Origin: Candidatus Cloacimonadales bacterium
GTDB taxonomy: Bacteria > Cloacimonadota > Cloacimonadia > Cloacimonadales > JAFGVF01
Assembly (NCBI GenBank): GCA_963662585.1
Contig: OY759729.1
Location: 1,600,001-1,664,000 of the forward strand
Direction: 5' to 3'
Length of the DNA: 64,000 bases
Numbering within the stretch: the first letter of the stretch is position 1; the number at the start of each line of letters is the position of its first letter. Shown here one piece after another: positions 59,335 through 64,000 of the stretch. Both the position numbers and the translations under genes were made by a program. The notes under the pieces were generated by a model. The model ran no database searches. It saw only the letters and a list, made by a program, of their open reading frames with translations, and was not told where the DNA came from.

Positions 59335-62118
59335 TTACCTTCCTATTACCAAATCGCTACGGGTGATTTTATCATATTTTTTAGCATTGTTAAGATTTGT
59401 GGGCAGACTAAATCCCGATATAACAATTTCATTCAAAACTTCTATAATCTTATTTTTAAGGTTCTCTATAGTAACCTCTGCCCCCTTTTTCTGAGGTTCC
59501 CATATCTGTTTTAATATATGAAATATTCCTGCTTTCACCTTATTGCTAGCTTCTATGTCATCCCAATAGTAGATATATTCATAAAGAGTTAACTGTTTTT
59601 GATAAGATGATAATATTTGTGGAGACAAACTACCTGTTTTAAAATCTATCACTATTTTACTAGCATCTTCCTGATTTTCCACTCTTAAATCAGCATCCCC
59701 TGTTACAGCAATGCCTAAATTGTAGTCATTTTCACTTTCTGTGATAAAGCTTTTATATTTCTGTTTTTTGCCTAGACTAAAGCCCTCTTCTGGAATCAGC
59801 CTCAACTTCTTTTCAGTTAGATCTAGTTTATAATGCATTACAGTATTGAAAAAGTATCTCATTCCTTCTACTAAGGCATCTTTAAGAATAATATTCACAA
59901 AAGTATAGGTATAGTTATGGGGAATATAATAGTCTTTATCCTTATATTGTCTAAGTAGTGAATCATAAATCTCTGATAGCCTCTCAACACTCATGTATTG
60001 AAACTTATGAAAAATTTCTTGATTAAGAAAATTATCCTTGATTCGAGCAATTACATGATTAACGAAATCTTGAGCAAATATCCCCACAAATCTATAGTCT
60101 AAAGTTGCCTCGGTAAAGATTGACCTTTCTGATACTCTAGCCCAGTCATGAATAGCGAAATAGAGAGGATTATCAATTAGAGATTTAAGCTTAGTATAAG
60201 ATAATTTTAACTGATTATCTTTTGGGGCAAGCTCTTCAGCTTTTAGCTTTACGCTCCAAAAATCATCAGCTACTTTAGGCAGACTACTACTACTAAAATT
60301 ATTAAATAACTCTCCATAACCTCTATCGTCTTCTATCATCTTTCTTGAGGGCTTCACAAGTGGCAACTCTTCCAAGAAAGAAGAAAGAGAGGTATCTTCA
60401 TCAATATTTTCCCTACCCAGAAAATAGCAACGCTCAGCAGAAAGAACTAAGCGCTGGAAATAGTATTTTTCTCTAAGACGAATCTCCTCATAACTCTTAA
60501 GGGTAAGAATTTCCCTTTGCTTTTCATTAAAGAGGAACTGGCTAGTCCGACTTGTAGGTAAAACACCTTCGACCATATTAAGGAAAATTAAAGAATCAAA
60601 GTTGTTGTTTCTAGTATTCAACAGAGAACTTATTCTAACTCTTTTGGAAGCATCTAATTCAATGTATTTTAATTTCTTTGCTTTTAAACCATCGCAGAAT
60701 AGCTTAAATATTATTATATGTTCAGCTTTATCAGATAAATCACTCCACTTATTAATTAGATTATTATAAGTAAAAGACTTAAGATTGGCTAATTCTGTAT
60801 AAACAAGTTCTTTTATGTTGCTATATTGCAATTCATCAAGGGAACAGATTCGATCTAAGACAATTCCCTCTTCGCTGTCAAAAAGTGCTATTAATCCCTC
60901 AACAGACTTTATTCGCTTTATATTGTTTATAAAAGTTAAGATTCTTTTTATAGCTATTTTTAGAGCTTCAGAAATAGATTCCTTACCTATCTCAGCATTT
61001 GAATCACAATATAAAACCCCCTTTTCTCTAATATTATAGACTTCTTCTAGTAAATTGGAGCTATGTTCAATTTGAAAATATCTAGTGAAGTCCTGGTTCA
61101 AGAATGCTCTGATAAGAACATGAATTGGGAGATAATATCTATTATTAAAATATTCCATGGCTTGAATTAATTGCTGGGTAATCTCTAAGAACTGGTAGAG
61201 TCCAGTATTCACTATTGCTTTAGCATATTTAATGTCGAAAGTGTTTCGAGAAAGTAGTTTGGCATAAGGAGTTTCATAGAAGTCTCTATCTATTATCTGA
61301 CTAATATTATCTTCTGTAATTATCCTGCATAAAGAGTTCATCATCGTGAATTTATTTCTATCTATTATTAAATTTAACTTAGGTTTCTGAGTAGCCAATA
61401 ACTCTAAGTCAGAATAATTAAATGGCTGAGCATTGAAAGTCTCTTTATCGACAAACTCTTCTGGAAGTTGATATACTAAAGTTACCTCTATTCCTGCTTC
61501 TTCCATCTGTCTAAGGATTTCTCTCTCTATATTTGAATAATAAAATTGGTTAACGACAAAAACACTAGTATAATTGCTAAAATAACTTATATCAATATTT
61601 TTAACATTTATATTAAAAATTCTGTCATTAGAATTATTCTCTTCAATCCAGCCTTGATACTTTAAAATTAACTGATGAATTCTTTCATAATACTCAATCT
61701 GCCAAGGAAAAAGGGTAGAGTTTTCCTCTTCAAGACGCTGGAAAACGCTAGAAAAATCTATTAATTCTTCAGCCAACTCTTCAAATAACTTGAAAATCTT
61801 ATTAGCTAACTTAATGAAATCAAAAAAGTCATTAACCTTAAAGAAGATCTTATCCTCGTCAGTTAATAGTCGATATAAAGCAATGACCCTTTTATCATCT
61901 TCCCAAAACATCTTATCTGAACCTAAAAGCATCTCCTTAAAATCTTCAATAGCTAGATAAGAAATATCCTCAAATTTCCAACTATACTGACCATGTGCTT
62001 GGGCAAGGTTGGCATTGTTTTGAGTGGGATAGATTATTAAAGAAGCCTCTTTATTCTCTATAAAATTATCTACCTGTAAAAGATTACATGAGAAATCAAC
62101 AAACTTAAATTTTGGCAT
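59335..62118 (-). CDS. addB: AddB-like inactive helicase scaffold with PD-(D/E)xK nuclease
   Basis: Tandem with addA; LNMVEGVLP, YYFQRL, SSFLEEL, LSYTKL, GDADL...IDFKTG...QLTLY. Confidence 0.78.
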   Translation of the reverse strand: MPKFKFVDFSCNLLQVDNFIENKEASLIIYPTQNNANLAQAHGQYSWKFEDISYLAIEDFKEMLLGSDKMFWEDDKRVIALYRLLTDEDKIFFKVNDFFDFIKLANKIFKLFEELAEELIDFSSVFQRLEEENSTLFPWQIEYYERIHQLILKYQGWIEENNSNDRIFNINVKNIDISYFSNYTSVFVVNQFYYSNIEREILRQMEEAGIEVTLVYQLPEEFVDKETFNAQPFNYSDLELLATQKPKLNLIIDRNKFTMMNSLCRIITEDNISQIIDRDFYETPYAKLLSRNTFDIKYAKAIVNTGLYQFLEITQQLIQAMEYFNNRYYLPIHVLIRAFLNQDFTRYFQIEHSSNLLEEVYNIREKGVLYCDSNAEIGKESISEALKIAIKRILTFINNIKRIKSVEGLIALFDSEEGIVLDRICSLDELQYSNIKELVYTELANLKSFTYNNLINKWSDLSDKAEHIIIFKLFCDGLKAKKLKYIELDASKRVRISSLLNTRNNNFDSLIFLNMVEGVLPTSRTSQFLFNEKQREILTLKSYEEIRLREKYYFQRLVLSAERCYFLGRENIDEDTSLSSFLEELPLVKPSRKMIEDDRGYGELFNNFSSSSLPKVADDFWSVKLKAEELAPKDNQLKLSYTKLKSLIDNPLYFAIHDWARVSERSIFTEATLDYRFVGIFAQDFVNHVIARIKDNFLNQEIFHKFQYMSVERLSEIYDSLLRQYKDKDYYIPHNYTYTFVNIILKDALVEGMRYFFNTVMHYKLDLTEKKLRLIPEEGFSLGKKQKYKSFITESENDYNLGIAVTGDADLRVENQEDASKIVIDFKTGSLSPQILSSYQKQLTLYEYIYYWDDIEASNKVKAGIFHILKQIWEPQKKGAEVTIENLKNKIIEVLNEIVISGFSLPTNLNNAKKYDKITRSDLVIGR

Positions 62119-62892
62119 AACTTCCTCCTATCCTTTTATTATCTACTTTCATTTTTTTGGCAAGAACAATTTTATTATAAGTCTTTTTGGGAAAAAGTAA
62201 CTTAATTTTTAAGAAATGATAAATTATGGAGGGATGCCTTATGGATTCTTCTTGCTTTTCTTATGGACTTTCCCTGCTCCTCCTTACTTATCTAAATTAT
62301 TATCTGAGTTTTATTCAAGTTGATAGTTAATGATGGGCAGAAGACTAAGGGGAAACTAGTTAAGATCAAAGGGATTATAAATCTATGCTATTTAATGCTT
62401 TGGATATAGGAAATTAAAAACTTAAAGAATTACCATGTAATCTACTTTATGCAGATCAATGCATACAAATATTCCTAAGTTTAGGAGTAAAATCATTAAT
62501 GGACTAAGCTCTACTTACCATTTTCTGCTTTATCCAATTATGTTAAGTAAGCAAAATCTCCATTCGTAATTATAATTTATAACATTCATTCTTACGAGTC
62601 TGATTAAAGAAGATATCATTTGATTTAATATCAATACAATATGATAATTTGCTTTGAATCTACTCAACAAATAGTTAAAAATTTATAGTATTTTTCATTA
62701 ATACACTACAGTATGATATCATCTTTAGGTATGATACTATTTCAATAATTAATTTTTTTACCCTCTCTAAACCCCTATTATAAAGGCATTCTAAGATACT
62801 TTCACTTTAACCCTAAATAATATTCCTTGACAAGAAAGTCTATCTTATTTATTTGTCATATATCAATATGATAATTTATTAAAGGAGATAAT

Positions 62893-63231
62893 ATGAAAGC
62901 TGCTGTAATTGGAAGTAGAAGTTTTGAAGATTGCAAAAGAGTAGCAAAGGTGTTAGATGAAATAGTAGAAATAACCCATATTATCTCTGGTGGAGCTAAA
63001 GGTGCTGATGCTTGTGCAGAGAATTATGCAAGGAAGAGAGGTTTACCTATTACGATATTTTTCCCAAATTGGGCAAAATACGGTAGAGGCAGTGGAATAA
63101 TTAGAAACAAGGAGATAATTAGAAACTGTGATATTTGTATAGCCTTTTGGGATGGTAAATCAAGGGGAACTGCTTCTTCCTTGCAAATTGCTAATGAGTT
63201 AGGTAAAGAGATTAAAGTTATAAAGATTTAG
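62893..63231 (+). CDS. YspA-like SLOG family protein (DUF2493)
   Basis: AVIGSRSF, IISGGAKGAD, W.KYGR..G.IRN, AFWDGKSRGT. Confidence 0.88.
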   Translation: MKAAVIGSRSFEDCKRVAKVLDEIVEITHIISGGAKGADACAENYARKRGLPITIFFPNWAKYGRGSGIIRNKEIIRNCDICIAFWDGKSRGTASSLQIANELGKEIKVIKI

Positions 63232-63276
63232 ATTAACATTTTAAGATAAGTGGTTTGAAAAGCTTAAGGAGTTATT

Positions 63277-64000
63277 ATGCAAGACTTATTAAATTTTTAC
63301 AGAGCTAAGAAGCATGGTGATGTTTTGAGATTAATTGAAGATGGTAATGAGATTAACAAGAAGTATGAAACAATTGAAGGGGAACTTTTTAAGCTTTACA
63401 TACCTAAGACCTTAGACTTATTAACTGATAAACTACCTTTAATAACTGCCCATAGTGATACTGTATTTTTAGCTCAACCTTTTGATTTTAAAATTGAAAA
63501 GAGTGAATTTGGTACAAAGATAAGTTCAGCTGACCAAATGGTTGGTATTGGTGGTGATTGCCGTAATGGCTGTTATTTAATTTCCCAGATCATGAGATCT
63601 GCTGCTTGGGATAAGTTTATATTTGCAATTTTTGATTTAGAAGAAATTGGTGGTGTAGGTGCCCGTAATATGCCTTACCAAAGCATTGTTAGTAATAATG
63701 TATCCTACTTGATAGGCTTAGATTGTTATGCCAGGGATTATATAGCTGTTTATAATAATACTGAGACAAGTTTAATTGATAGCATTATTAGAAATTTTGC
63801 TGATAAAGAAGTTACTAGAGGTTATTTTACTGATGTAGTTGTACTAGCAGATAAATATAATAAATCACCTATTGTCCTATCAATAGGATATTATTACCAG
63901 CACACCCCAAATGAGTATGTTATTTATGAAGATTTAGAAGAATGTTATAAGACAATTATTAGGTTTGTTAATTTAGATATAAATGAAATTAGCGAAAATG
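63277..64000 (+). CDS. Zn-dependent M20/M28-like peptidase (runs off the window end; missing from the ORF track)
   Basis: AAGGAG RBS. Manual translation MQDLLNFY...TAHSDTV...GIGGDCRNG...DLEEIGGVGA...GLD...TDV...SIGYYYQHTPNE; open to position 64000. Confidence 0.8.
   Translation, partial: MQDLLNFYRAKKHGDVLRLIEDGNEINKKYETIEGELFKLYIPKTLDLLTDKLPLITAHSDTVFLAQPFDFKIEKSEFGTKISSADQMVGIGGDCRNGCYLISQIMRSAAWDKFIFAIFDLEEIGGVGARNMPYQSIVSNNVSYLIGLDCYARDYIAVYNNTETSLIDSIIRNFADKEVTRGYFTDVVVLADKYNKSPIVLSIGYYYQHTPNEYVIYEDLEECYKTIIRFVNLDINEISEN

Overview
AT-rich chromosomal window from an anaerobic diderm bacterium. The taxon is inferred as probably Candidatus Cloacimonadota (FCB group), from proteins ending in NYPNPFNP/FlgD-Ig-type sorting domains, kdd-kamA lysine fermentation genes, lptE and lolA. 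Most of the window is housekeeping: ppx-DUF47-pit, thpR-recA-recX, radC, purE, lptE-rluB-ychF-ftsK-lolA-manC-btpA, rsgA-nadK-recN, nfeD-SPFH-eno and addBA. No rRNA, tRNA, CRISPR array or intact transposase was seen. Four things stand out. (1) An 11-kb, very AT-rich six-gene operon (314-11421) encodes four exported proteins, including a TssR/PpkA-ectodomain-like VWA protein and a second cryptic MIDAS protein, plus a TagT/TagS-like ABC transporter, with no T6SS core genes in the window. (2) A 55% GC, 60-bp tandem array of 14 strand-specific hairpins lies between eno and addA and contains one inverted copy with compensatory base changes. (3) Several families of palindromic, MITE/REP-like intergenic elements are present. 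(4) There is a frameshifted sorting-domain relic, and a possible accessory region (SLOG protein plus Zn-peptidase) starts at the right edge. All family assignments are from motif recognition, not database searches.
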